A stretch of DNA of 64,000 bases from Camelus dromedarius. Its lineage: Eukaryota. The stretch lies in contig NC_087436.1 in NCBI RefSeq assembly GCF_036321535.1, forward strand, positions 38,938,001-39,002,000, given 5' to 3'. A model generated the notes under the pieces. That model worked only from the letters and a program-made list of their open reading frames with translations. It ran no database searches and was not told the DNA's origin. Every line of letters begins with the position of its first letter. Position 1 is the first letter of the stretch. The position numbers and the translations under genes were made by a program. This document shows positions 36,536-49,438 of this stretch, piece by piece.

Positions 36536-36661
36536 TTATTTATTTGTTTGTTTGTTTGTTTGTTTTTATTGAAGTACCATGGGTTACAATGTGTCAGTTT
36601 CTGATGTACAGCACAATGTCCCAGTCACGCATATACATATGTATATACATTCCTTTTCATA
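36536..36661 (-). mobile_element. Young L1 3' tail with (TTTG)n tail and 16-bp TSD
   Basis: Flanked by caattactcaatcatt (36520-36535) and caactactcaatcatt (36662-36677), one mismatch. Confidence 0.85.
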
Positions 36662-37454
36662 CAACTACTCAATCATTAAAAGCAGATCAGTACCATCATC
36701 TATAATAATAATCTATATAAAAAAGTTGATAGTTATTGTAAGAATTATAAACCACACATAAAATACCTAATAAATGCCCAAAACATAGCAAGCACTCAGT
36801 AAATGCAAGCTAATTATAATGACAGCAAACACAAAATTTTTGATATAAATGATTTTTAACAATGTAATCACACATTTGAATAAAAAGTAAAAGCTGTATT
36901 ATGATATTTTATACCCCATTTTGTTATCTTTCTCCATTTCTTTAAACTGGTGCATCAATCTTGACTAAAGCCTTAATCCAGATTAGTGGGATCAGATAAA
37001 TGGTATAATAAAGTTTTAATTTCTAAATTTTAATATCTTTTAAAAGGTCGTTCTTAGTAAAAAATAAACAATTTCACTTATAGAGATATCCTACTTTAAG
37101 AAAACTTAAAATATGGAAAATTCTAATTGACAAAAAAATTTTGAGAATGCTTCATTTCACAAGTGGATTCACCACAGTATTATTTTAAACTTCGTGAATT
37201 TGAAATTGTAAATTTCATTTGGACTACAGAAGAAAAAACACATTGAAATGTTAGAAGGCAATGCATCAGAAATAAAGGGAAAGCAACACTAAAATAACAA
37301 GGTAAGCAACAAAGATTTAATTTAGAAAACTTCAACCTATGTACAACTTTTCAGAAAATACAGAACTTCCTTAATGAAAATTTTAATTCATAAATGACAC
37401 AATGAAACATCCAGCCATAAACAATAACTAGAGCACTCAAAATAACACCCTTAC

Positions 37455-37671
37455 TTTGTCCTCATCATGTCTCTGGGTTGTGAGAATGCTCTCTTTACCT
37501 GCATTCTCATCCCTTGTGCTATGCATCCATTATTCTCCTTACACTTAAAATGCAATACACTATCACCTTCAGTCCCTTAGTTATTCTGTCTTCCCTCTAC
37601 AGCAACCCAGTATAAATCTTACCAATGGAATATACAAAGTAACACAAAATGAAGTAATCTACTGCCCTTTG
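37455..37671 (-). other. Candidate non-coding 5'-UTR exon of USP53
   Basis: Acceptor gtcttctgttccag| at 37672-37673 and donor AAA|GTAAGG at 37454, in non-repetitive sequence; splice-motif evidence only. Confidence 0.3.
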
Positions 37672-38234
37672 CTGGAACAGAAGACAATTCACAGGTGTGC
37701 TGTGGCGACTGGGAAGTTGGAAGAGAGGCAGTACCTTGCAATGGCAAGGGTATAAGAAAAAGACTATTTTATCTTTGGAAATTCAGTGCAGTTGTGGGAG
37801 CACTGGGAATAACCAGAGATGAGGCTTGGAAAAGACAAACTCATATTTCTGACTACTTTAACATTGTCTTATTAATTTTCCAATGTCTAGTGTCTAGCAT
37901 AAAAAAAAAAGGTCAATAAATATCACTTAGTAATTCTGCTAGCTCAGAAAAGCACAAAAAGTCAGTTAAATCTTCCAAATTCCAGAGGAAAAGTATGTCT
38001 TCAAACTGCTTTTTGCAGTTCAATAGTAGCAAAACTAGAAGAGTAATATAATTATTTCCAAATTAATTCAAAAATACCATGACCACTAAGGTAATTGACT
38101 TTATTCACTAAAACAGCTAAGATATTGAAATATAGTTTATGTTGCATAACATTTTATTTTCTGGTGAATTACGAATATATGAAGCAACTTTTCTGAAGTG
38201 ACTCATAGAAAACAAAAATTCTTCAATCATATGC

Positions 38235-38410
38235 AATGGTTTGTGGCACTATTTGTGTCATGGACACCTTAGTGGCCTAATGAAGCCTATGGACCCCTCA
38301 GAGTGTTTGTAAAGCATAAAACAAAGTTTATGGCATTGAAATAGGAAAGGAAGAAAGAAAAAAATGTATGAAATTTCAAAGAAAACCAATTATATTAAAA
38401 TTCAGTTCTA
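38235..38410. mobile_element. hAT-Charlie-like MER fragment
   Basis: tgaagcctatggacccctcaga...gaaaaccaattatattaaaattcagtt; recognised from memory only. Confidence 0.4.
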
Positions 38411-39112
38411 ACCACTGCTGATAGAGGACATCTGTTAACTTGGAAAAACAAAAAAAAAAAGACACTTTTTTCCTATTCTATTTGTAGTATTTTTATTATT
38501 TAAAGAAAACTCATAATAACTTGCCAATATTAGGATATTATATAAAGTTAAAGTTTAAATAACCTCTGAAGATTTTATCTGTGGTAGAATGTTTCTTGTT
38601 CCTATTGTGTGCATATACTGTAATGCAAAATTTTCTAAAATCATTACAGCTGTACAAAATTAGTAATGATATACTAATGCTACATATGTATCATCACCAA
38701 TAGCTAGCTAGCTCTCCAAAGATGACATAAATTAGCACTCTTCCTTCCTTAATCCAAGCGTCTATGAGCAACAATAGGCTAGACTGACCATCTTTTGTGC
38801 CCTGGCATACCTAGCACACTGTTCAAAATACTTCCAGATGCAATATATAAGCTACCTTACTATAAGTTGTCTTCAAGGTCTATAATTAAGAAAAACCTTG
38901 AGTTAAAGCTGTCAAGTAACAAGATCTGCTCAGTATTTTAGTAACTAAACATCTTTGTAGGACAGCTTAATCTACTGCTTTCTATATTTCAAACATATTT
39001 TTGGAAAATTGTAGGGTGAACAATGTACTTTCTAGCACGATATGTTAGTGAGTCCCAAGTAGTATGAGCAGGGAAAATAATACTGATTTTGACTTTTGAA
39101 TGTGTACATTAC

Positions 39113-39191
39113 CTTAAAATAGAATTTTCACTTTTTACCTCTTGCTAAAACAAGCTTCTAAATGATGATTCCAAAACTGTATTTCTTGATA
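39113..39191 (-). other. Candidate non-coding 5'-UTR exon of USP53 (79 nt)
   Basis: Acceptor ctgtgtag| at 39192-39193 and donor AAG|GTAATG at 39112; splice-motif evidence only. Confidence 0.35.
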
Positions 39192-40379
39192 CTACACAGT
39201 TTAAAATAAACATTTATTTGACATTAATATAAAAAATCTTGAATCACAGTACATACTAAATAGTAAGTTATGTGATATTTTAAGAAAAAAATAAACTAGG
39301 TGGAAAACAGTGCCCTTCCACCGTTAAAATAGCTTTCTTTGTTAAAACTACTTTTGTATCTTTCAGAGAACATAATAATATTAATTAATAACTATTAGTG
39401 TCAAGTTCCATGAACTATATACATACATTCATGAAAGATTTTTTTTTTTAGTAAATAGGGAAAAAAGGAAAGATCTTTTACATTGTAGGAACAAAACATG
39501 TAACTACCTGTGAGTTGAGTTTATAAATAAATTTAATCACCTTCGTGGTTTCTCACCAGTAATCATGAATTTAAACAAACTGCCAGAGAGCTCATTTTAA
39601 AAGCCTCTAAAATGTAACATAAAAACAAAAACCTTGTTTTATCAGATTATAATCAACTCCAACCTACAGTGAGTTTGTCTATTTGGAATTCTTATGACAA
39701 TGGCAGATAAATCATACATTACTTTTGCAAAATGAATTTTAATTTCTATTTAACAAGATTAAGGATATTGCTTCGACCATCATCATGGAACTGAGAATAG
39801 AAAATAAAACTACAAGAAGTATTAATTTAGCCAAAAGTTCATTTTGATCAGAATTTGTTGGCATGTTCTCCTCCCTTTAAATACTGAGAATCAGCAATGC
39901 TTTTTTTTTTTTAAAGAATACAACTAAAAGCGAATCAGACCCTAATCACAAAAGAACCTCCTGAATTTAAACATCCCTCAGAAGTAGCTCTGAAAATTCC
40001 TTGCAAAAATACACATATTTCTTCCAGATAAGAAAATATTTGGCAAACTCTGCTAACAAAGCCTTACAATACATTTTGCAAGTATTAATCAGACTTCGCA
40101 CTGATAAAGAAAACCTTGTAGCAGGATAACAAAACCTCAGAGCACTCTCAGATTGCAGGCTTTAGGAACCCTCCCTGCTACACCTGTGCAAGTACTTCCT
40201 GTTCTCCAATGTTGTTTAAAATTAGTTTAATAAACGTCCCATAAGTCGCCATGTAGAAGCTAAACATTAACTTTACAAATTACTACTACCACCCAGAAAA
40301 TACCAGCCCAAAGATTCTCAAGAATCATCTCTTCTCCAAAGAAGGCAACATAACCACCTGGACAGCTTTAAAATGCTGG

Positions 40380-41340
40380 TGCTCGGGAGAGGCAATGGCT
40401 CGGAAAGTGAGGGACAGGCGCCAAGTAAGCGTAATATTCATAATCCTGATGCACTAAGAGAACCAGCAGGACCCCAAGTTCTGCTCCTTGCCGGCCCTCA
40501 AACACAGCAGCAATTAACAAGCACTACCCAGTAAGTACAGCACCTCCGCCCTCCGTGGGCGCCTCCAGACTGGCCAAAGGCATCTCCGCCAGACCCAGAA
40601 AGCGGCGGGAAGGCTGCGTGACCTCGGGAGCCTGAACCCGAGCAACTAGCCCTGAGTCTGCCCCGAGGAGGGTGGGGTGGGGGAGGAGGTCTCGGGGCTG
40701 CGAAGGGAGAGACGAAGTCTGGGGCTGGAACGAGGGCTTCACGGTCAGGCCCGTGAGGGTAGCAGGTCGTTGGATCACCACCCAGGGACTAGTTCTGGAG
40801 ACTTACCTTGAGCTCGGCCCTTTTAGCGAGAGGAGAGCGCGGTCCAGGTAGAGAAATACGGGCCTTCTACTTTCACAGGGCTTCCTCCCGCTGACCCAGC
40901 TCCGCCTCAAGCCGACACCAAGCTGACACACCAACAGCCACCACCGTAACCGAGACTCACCGGGAACTGGAGCAGAGGCGACTGGTCTCCGCCGCCCAGA
41001 GCTCGACCCTGCGCACGGAGCATGCGCACACGCCTCAACACCCAGGGGCCAGTCAGGACAGTGACACCTGCGATCAACAGGTCCTGGGAGCCCCGCCCCT
41101 CTCCCCGCCTCGTCCCCGCCCCGCCTCCTCGGAGCTGGCTCCACCTTCATGGTCGCCGAGTTGGCCCCGCCCCCCCGGCTTTCCCAACCCGCAGAACTGT
41201 ATTCCCGCGGGGGTTCGATGAGGTGCGCGATCCAGTTGAGTTACTCTGAGGCGCGAGATCCCGCGAGAGCAGGAGCTTGACCATTTTTCCTAAGGCGGGA
41301 GCGGAGCCCTGGGGCTTAGCTGGCGGAGAAAGGTGGCTGC
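40380..41340. promoter_or_regulatory. CpG-island promoter of USP53
   Basis: The only CpG-dense stretch in the window. GC boxes CCCCGCCCC at about 41091, 41114 and 41165; NRF1-like GCATGCGCA at 41020-41028; TCCCGCGAGA at 41259-41268, one mismatch from the TCTCGCGAGA BANP/ZBTB33 motif. Confidence 0.88.
40807..41030 (-). other. USP53: Putative USP53 first exon with two alternative donors (exon ends 40961 or 40807); TSS approximate
   Basis: Consensus donors CCG|GTGAGT (40960) and AAG|GTAAGT (40806) inside the CpG island, downstream of the GC boxes on the minus strand. Confidence 0.6.
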
Positions 41341-44300
41341 AGGTTAGTCTGTGTGGTGTAGAGGGAAGGAAGGGATAGTTCCTCAAGTGGATGTGATGAT
41401 TCCTGTGCTCTTGGTCATTTATTCAGCATTTTCTAAGGAAGCGAATCCCCCAGGCCTGGACTTTTAAATTAGGTGTTGTTACCTCAGAGAAACCGTCTGT
41501 ATTGCCTGGTATCGAAACCCTATGCGAAGACACAATTCCCTTTAGCTTTCTGTGAATTATTAGGATCTGTTGGCAGTTAAATGGCTTCCATTGGCATGAA
41601 TATATGTTCCCCAACTGATTGTTTCGTGACTGTTAATAAAATGAAAGATTTAATAGACATGTTGACCCGGTTAATGGTGTGAGAAAAATTTGGCTGCTTC
41701 CTTCGTGTGCTTTCAACAGGGGTTTTAAGTTACAAGCTAATGCTTGGGAAACAGGCTAAACTGTTTTGTAATAACTTGTTTCTTAGGAATAGTAATAAAG
41801 AAAATCCCACTGTCCTCTTTAGTATCAAAGATCCCTCTCAATAAGTAGTAAGTAAGGTTTTGGAACTTATTTCAAAGCTGGTGCAGGTAGAACATACAGA
41901 TTACAAAACTGATTTAAGTAAACTCGTAGGTAACGCTAAACATTTATTTGAAGAAACAGGATAAAGAAACATTTTAGGTTGATATGGGCGAATAGTATCT
42001 GAGACTGAACGAATGAGAATTTATTGAGCATTTACTACGTTCTCTTTACTGAATTGGGCACTGAAGAAAATACAGTGAAATTTAAGATACAGTTCCTGCT
42101 TTTGGGAAATTTAACACTTTTAGAGGAGGAGGAGAAAATTATATTTAAAAAACAACACCGTTAACTCTCCCCTTGGTTTCCCTAGTGTCACTTTCTCCTT
42201 GTTCTGAAGCTAACCCCTCAATTCACTTTAAATACTTTTCTTCTTATGTGTGTCCTCTGTGTTCCCAAACTCTCCATTTTCTTTTATTGTTACTCCTCCT
42301 ATCTCCTTGCTCAGTCTCTTCCCCATGATGGACTTACCTACCTTACTTACCTACCAGGTGTCCTGGGCACAAAGGACTCCTAAATGTGTATCTTCAGGTT
42401 GGGCCCTTTTAATTAAGCAGCAGCATCTTCACTTGGATTTCACACAGATACCTCAAATATGTCCTGAATTGACATGAACATCAGTTTTACCATTTCCTAC
42501 TCCCAGTGCCATATCTCTTCCCCCCCATCTGGAACCTAGCCTGCTTTCATTCCCTGTTTCAGATTATAGTACCCAGATGCCCAAGTCAAGAATCCATGGA
42601 TACCCCTATTATTACATTTCCTTCATTTTCCCTATCCTAATATCAAATTCTATTGACTTATCTCTTTAAGGATCTCTCAAATCCACCCTCTTTTTAATCT
42701 CCACTCTCGCTGTCTTAATCCATCAAGTAATCATCTCTCCCGACTCATCTCCCTTGGACTGTTGCTATAGCCTCTAGATTTCCCACTCCAGTCCAAACTC
42801 CATTCTATTAATAATTTTTCTAACATGCAATTATGAGCATGAGATTCCTCTGCCAAGATTTTTTCAGGGGTTCCCCATCCCCTTCATGATCTGACCCCCG
42901 GACATTTAATCTCATCTCCATTCTCGCCCATTTACTCTACACTAGCTGTATTGAACTCCCTGCCCTTCTATGATCCTACTAGGTTCTCTCAAGATCCTTT
43001 AGGTCTCAGTTGAATACTTTTTCCTCCATGGAACCTTTCATAGCTCCCTGAGACAGACTTGCCCTTCGTTCACCTTTTTGGACTTATTTATAACAATTAC
43101 GTTGTACTATCATTATTTGTTTGTATCTGTAACTGACAGAACAATCTCCACCTCCACTCTTGAAAAATAATTTGAACTGTGAATAATAGTCATACTGTCT
43201 CCCTTCCTCATTTAGAGATTATAGAAGAATGCCCTTCAGTTCACCCTGCTCAAGAATTTGACTAAACCCTGACTCTACACTTTTTTAATCATATAATTTC
43301 AAACTTCCTACCAGTTGTTGGCATATCTAAGTACTGAGTTTTAAAGGATAGACTTACAATAGATCACAAGTTAAACATCTGAAACAGAGAAAAAAAGGAA
43401 AATTGACAATGCACTGCATTTTAGGATAGGAGTTGCTCCCAGAAAACTTTGTAGTTAGAAATGTCATGACATAGGTTTTAAATGTATTGCCTCTGAAAAT
43501 TACTATTTGTTCTTGAGGGATATGTGTGTATGTTTGATTCAATAGTTATTTATTGGGTGGGCCCAAATTAATGAAGAAGGATGTCTGCACCTCACACTGG
43601 CTTGAGATCATGAAAGAGAATAGGCTTGGAATGCCAAAGACCACCTTATATTGTTTGGCTGAGACCTAGCCAAAGTTTACATTATCAGCACCACCACACT
43701 TACACGCCTGTTACTATTATTCTGGAGTAATCATAACTCAGACTTTGGGAGATGTACCACCTTGTGACTATATTCACCCTATCACTGATAAGTGGTAGGA
43801 ATAACAAAATTCTACCCTGTGATCCAGTAGTCCCAGGAGATAATCAACAGCTAAAGGCCTGTCGAACATGACTGAGCTGTGTAGGGTAAGCATAGAGAAG
43901 AAGTAGCTGAATGGCTGACTCAGGATTAGATACAAGGCAAACTCCTATTTTCCTAAATGCATTAAGGATATATTGAGTGCTGACAAGCTTCTAGAGAGCA
44001 AGGACCATTTTTTTCATTCTTGTATTTCCAGGGCATAGCACAGTGCCTGTCACAGATACTTAAATGTGTTCAGTGGAGAGAGTGAAAAACTAGAAGTTTT
44101 GTTGATTTTTTAGAGAACAGAGACATCTGTGTGGACCAAAATTGTTGAGGAAGGATTCTGTGGGAGACCAGATATGAGTTTCAGCTTGGAAGGTTCATGG
44201 GTAGGCACATTTGAAGGCTCTGAGGAGGAGACATGACTGCTTAAGAGCAAAGTTTTAGAAATAGGAATGAACATGGCCAATGCAGGGCTATAATAGGAAG

Positions 44301-44864
44301 CCTTTGTAATTTCTTGAACAGGATGTTTAGTTTGGAATTATATACAGAAGACTTGTAGGGGAAATTGTAGTGAGGCAAGAAGATGAGCTAAGCCAGTGCA
44401 ATTCCAGAGAAATCTTCAGTCTGTGACTTGATGATGAAGCCAAGAAGAAAAATCTAGTCTCTATCGACCACTTCCTCCTTGACTCATATCCCAGTTTTTG
44501 TAACATTATTCTCTCTTGTGGCTTTCATCCAACCTCTTTGGTTGTTCCTTTTCAATCTGCTTTTCTCTTATACTTTCCAGTCTACTTTTAACTTCTAAAT
44601 GATGGTGTTCCTCAGTGCCTGGTCCTAAGATCTCATTTATCCTCGTGGTTTTAAATCTGTTTCCCACACAGCAGCAGAGTAGTCTATTTAAAATGTCAAC
44701 ATGTTACTCCCCAACGTAAAAGTGTTCAGTGACTTACTATTTACATAAAATAAAATCCAAATTATTGCCAAGGCCCGCAGACCCCTGAATGACCTATCCT
44801 TACCTCCCTAACAACATCTCATGCTATTCAAGGATTTTGGAGTCTTTATTCTCTATGCCTAGAA

Positions 44865-45066
44865 CAGTGTCTCCCAGGGAACATCTGGCAAAGGCCAATA
44901 CGTTTCTGGTTGTCACAGTTAGGGTGGGGAGGGGGTACCACTACTGGTATCCAGTCAGTTGAGGCCAATGATGCTGTTCAACATTCTACACTGGACAAGT
45001 CAGTCCCCCACAACAAAGAATTATATGGTCTAAGATGTCAGTAGTGCCAAGGCTGAGAAACCCTGA
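44865..45066. mobile_element. MER20 DNA transposon within an L2 remnant (about 44440-45380)
   Basis: ggttgtcacag...ctactggtatccagt...gaggccaatgatgctg...cccccacaacaaagaattat...gtagtgccaaggctgagaaaccctg. Confidence 0.8.
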
Positions 45067-46709
45067 CCTACAACACCTTCCCCTGAGTCTCCAAGTGGCT
45101 GAATCCTTTTCATTTTCTATGCTTCAGTTTTAACTTCATCTTCTTATGAAAGTCATCCTTGACCTAGAACTCCCTACTTATCTCTATCACAGTGTTCTGT
45201 TTACTCATATCATGTTTTACAACCTGTGGTTATTTAGCTTTTTTATTTGGTTACTTGTTTATTGTCTTCTTCACTATCTAGGAAGCAAATCCTGTGAAAG
45301 GCCTGTCTCTCTTGACCATCATTCTGTCTGTAAAGTTTATTACAGTGGCACAGAGTAGGCATCAATAAAGAGATGTTTGACACCTGAGTTAGTATCTACA
45401 GTAAGTCACTGAATGGAAACTGAATAAGGCTTTCTTTTCTTCCTTTTCTTTTTTTCTGTATAATTAAAATACACAGTTCCCAAGAGAGCAGAGTGAAGAC
45501 ACCTGGAAAGAAGTTGTCATCACTAAGAATGTCTTCTGGAAGACTGCTTGTTTGCGGTCAGTATTCAGATGTGCTTTACAAATACTATCCTATCCTACGT
45601 AGCTTCTCACAATCAAAACTATAAGTAGAGTCATAATATGGCCAAATTAACTAATGTCTATGAGATGATAAAAATCAGTCAGGAAGGAAAAAAAGAAATA
45701 AGGGACATAGTACCAAAAATGGGATAAAATTATAATAGTTTTGCTCAAGTAATCTCTAAAAAGTTTTTAAAAACCTAGTTTTTTAATATGTGCACCTCAG
45801 AAAAAAGACTGTTTCAAAAATGTATTTGGAAGTGTCTGGTTAATAATACATTTCAGTTTTTTTCAACTGACAAAATATGTATTGTGGACATATATTGCTT
45901 TGCCTTTTCCTGCTTTCAGTAATAGATCCACAGGATGAGCATAACTCCATGTGAGGAATTTCGCCATTTTCTGGCTGTGGTGATTGGTGCATGAGTGATT
46001 CAAGCTAATCAGCATTCTTACCCAGGAATTTTCAAATTAGTGCTTGCAGAGAAGATCCCTTTTGTCTCTGATTGCAAAGCTATAAAAATGTGAGCTCAGA
46101 GGTGCTTGTGGCAAGGTGCCTTGTCATTTATAGTATCTGGTCTGAAAAAATAAGGCCAATATGGGGGGAGGGAGGAGAGAGAGTCGCCGAGGGTCCTCAG
46201 TACTCTTATAATATAGGGAATTCAAGAATTGAGTATTCACTGGACTCCTCAGATCTCTGCAGCATGACATTTTGTTAAGCATCAGAAGATCAAATTTAAT
46301 ATCCATGGCATCTTAGCCATTCCTTCCCTAGCCAAAACTTTACTAGCCATAAATCTCAATGTCTCTAAGCTTCTGCTATACCAGAGTCAACATTAACTAG
46401 TTAACCACAGTTAGTGGTTTAATCAGTAGCCTCCTTAATTTTTGCTGACTTATTGTCAGCATAGGCAATTTCATTAACTTTGAAACATCCTAATTTTCTT
46501 ATCTGTAAAATTGAAATGATAAATAATACTTATATATGATGTCTTTTGATAATGCCCCAGATAAAAGCAACTGTAAAGTCCTATACTGTGTTATTATGGC
46601 CATTAGTGTTGTTATGATGATTACCAATACTGCTGTCATCAATGATAATGGGATGCTATAAGAACCTATCTATTGTTTTTCTTGCTATAATATGTATTTT
46701 ATTACAATC

Positions 46710-47030
46710 TCAAAGATGCAGGAGGCTTTAGATTCCATCTGGTCCAGCCTCCCACTCACTGCCTGCCAATGGTTGTCCAGCCTCTATTCAAATATGATGA
46801 CAAAGAAAACCTGATGCTTTGTGGGGCATCCTGTTCCTCTCTAAGATTTCTTTAACTGGGAAGAAATTTCCATTGCAGTGAGTTGAAGTTTACTTCCCAG
46901 TAATTTTCACATGCTGATCTTATTTCTGTCCTTTGTAGCAACAGAAACCTATATTCTCTTTTCCATGAGATGCTATTGAACTTTGAGAACATCTTTTGTG
47001 TTTTTAAACTAAAAGTACTCAGTTCTGTCA
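46710..47030. mobile_element. Ancient CR1/L3-like fragment
   Basis: ccatctggtccagcctccc...atggttgtccagcctct...gggcatcctgttcc...actgggaagaaatttcc. Confidence 0.45.
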
Positions 47031-49411
47031 ACAATTTTTTGAAGGTCTAGTAAATATTAAACTAATCCACTCATTCATTCATTCATTTAACTTCACCTTA
47101 TCTTACAAAGATTTAAAGTAAATTCTAAAAAATAAATGACTAGCATATAATGTGAAACAGTGGTCAAATATAAATAAGAAAAAGAATCAGAGCTATGGGA
47201 GATTAAACTATGAGTAGAATGTAAAGAATGAGATGAACCTATGGCTTAAACTTGTTTGGCTCTGATCTAAAATCAAAAGTGAATATGATATTTGTTATGA
47301 GTAGCAGGAAAACATTTTTCTGTCATCATCTAAAATGCTTTTTCCCCTACGTGAGCCTTCATCTAAGGAGGCTCTTATCTATGTTCACTGACAATGGATT
47401 CATCAACATGTCCCTGGAAAATGCATTAAAAGGCTTCATAATCCATGAAATTAAATTTAGGGCACACTTTTGTTGTCAACTTCTGAAAAAATACGGTGCC
47501 CAAAAATAAAAACAGATTTTTGCAATTAGCTTGATTATGGTTTGGGGAAATTATTTCCTCTCTTGGTTCAGACACTTTTTATGAGGGCAGTTTATGTAAG
47601 ATTGTTTTTAACTTATTTTGCAACTATATTGCTTTGTTAGCCATTGTAAGTTTATATTCAAAATACTAAAATTTTTGTTTCATTATTTTGTTTTTGTGAG
47701 TCAGTATTAAGCCAAGTTTCACAAATTTTAAGGCCATTAGTTTCTTTGGACACAAATGCTTATATTGCTTCAGAACAGAGGCAACTTCATCATCTGTTTC
47801 CTTCATTTATTTAAAGCATCCTATTACATTTTGAAGTTTTAGTCCACATCTCATAAGATTCACTGTTTTTCCTCAATTTTTATATTACCAAATTTAGTGA
47901 CATCTTTGTCTTCAGCTAAATCATTGAGGAAAATGTTGATGAAGGCTGGATTCCTGACATTCACCTCCAGCTATAGCCAAAGTTAACCCTGATTGACAGC
48001 ATTAAAATTGTTTAGAAAGCCAGGTAGAGACCATGTTTAATGACAACATGGTATCATAGAAGAGCATGGCCTTTAGACCTGGGCAGACCTAGGTTCAAAT
48101 CCTTGCATTACCATTTATTGTTTGTGTGACCTTAAGCAACTATTAACTACTCTAAAACCCAAATTTCCTCATCTGTTTGTAGCAGGGTGTCCTAGCTAAT
48201 CCCTAACTGGATTTATGTTGATAAGATTAGTAGGATTGCCACCCCTGTGGGCATTTATTTGCACAATTTTTTTTTTCTGGCAATGTTTTGTAATCTGAGA
48301 GAAAGAATGAAAGAAACAGATGGTACAGTTGCTTGTGTTCAGAAGCATCATGATATGATGGAAAGAATGGATAGAGAATTATGAAACTCTCCTGCTCTCA
48401 AGTAAGTATGGAACTCTCTTGCTGTCAGGCTGTATCAATGTAGGCAAGTCAGTTCACCTCTTTTAACCTTTCTTAATCCATAAAGGAAGGTATTAGACCC
48501 CATGCTTCTAACTACTAAAGGTGTGAAATGAAAGGATCTTTTCCCAATTGTTATTTAATTCCAAAATATGTCAAGAAGTAAGTGCTGTATGCAAATTACT
48601 TTGTTTAACTTTCCCAACAACTCTAAAATATTAATATTTAGATATTATTAATATCCTTATTTTAGAGACAATGAAAGTGAGATACCTAGCACAGTGTCTG
48701 GCATAAAGGAGACACTCAATAAACATAAACTGAATTACTAAGTAAAAGAACCTACAGTTAAGTCTGATGTCTGGCTACTGCCATGGAAATACAGTAAAGC
48801 AAGTAGAAATGAGAAAGGCAATATGTACCATACTAATACATCTAGAAGTAAAGGTTGAAAACATCTAGGTTTTGATTGAAATTCATTCACTGGGATTTTT
48901 GTGCATAAATACAATTTCTCTTTAATTTTTTTCTAAAACAAGTTTTATAATGTTTTATTATACAGTTCTTTAGAACCTTAGAGATAGAAAAGATCTCAGA
49001 GATTAGTTTGCTAAAATTCCTCACTATTCAAGTGAAGACACTTAAGCTCAGGGAAGTAAAATTATCAAAGCTTATGCTAGACACTAATAGAACCAGGACT
49101 AAAATCCAATTCCTAATCACATGGAATTTGCCTGGTGTGGAATAGTTTTTCCTGAATTATTCTGAAGTTTTGTAGGAGATAGCACTGTTTGTTTCTTAAA
49201 GTGCAGTCAAATTTCTTCTGTATTGAAATACTGGTGATAAACGTGCTTGACACCTTTGTGCCCTTCTGAAAGACATAAGGAAGAAGTCAAGAGCACTACT
49301 CTGACTTTATGAAAAATACTATGGTGTTTGGAAATTTACCAAACTTATTTTCCCACCCTTTAGGAATCTAAGAAATCTAAGTCTTTATGACACGTGCATA
49401 CTCGTGCGCAA

Positions 49412-49438
49412 ACACAAACACACACACACACACACACA
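49412..49438. repeat. (CA)n microsatellite
   Basis: Directly visible. Confidence 0.9.

Noticed and set aside
40524..41386. Four overlapping ORFs of 75-115 aa
   Set aside because: Expected from stop-codon scarcity in a CpG island; no recognisable protein features.
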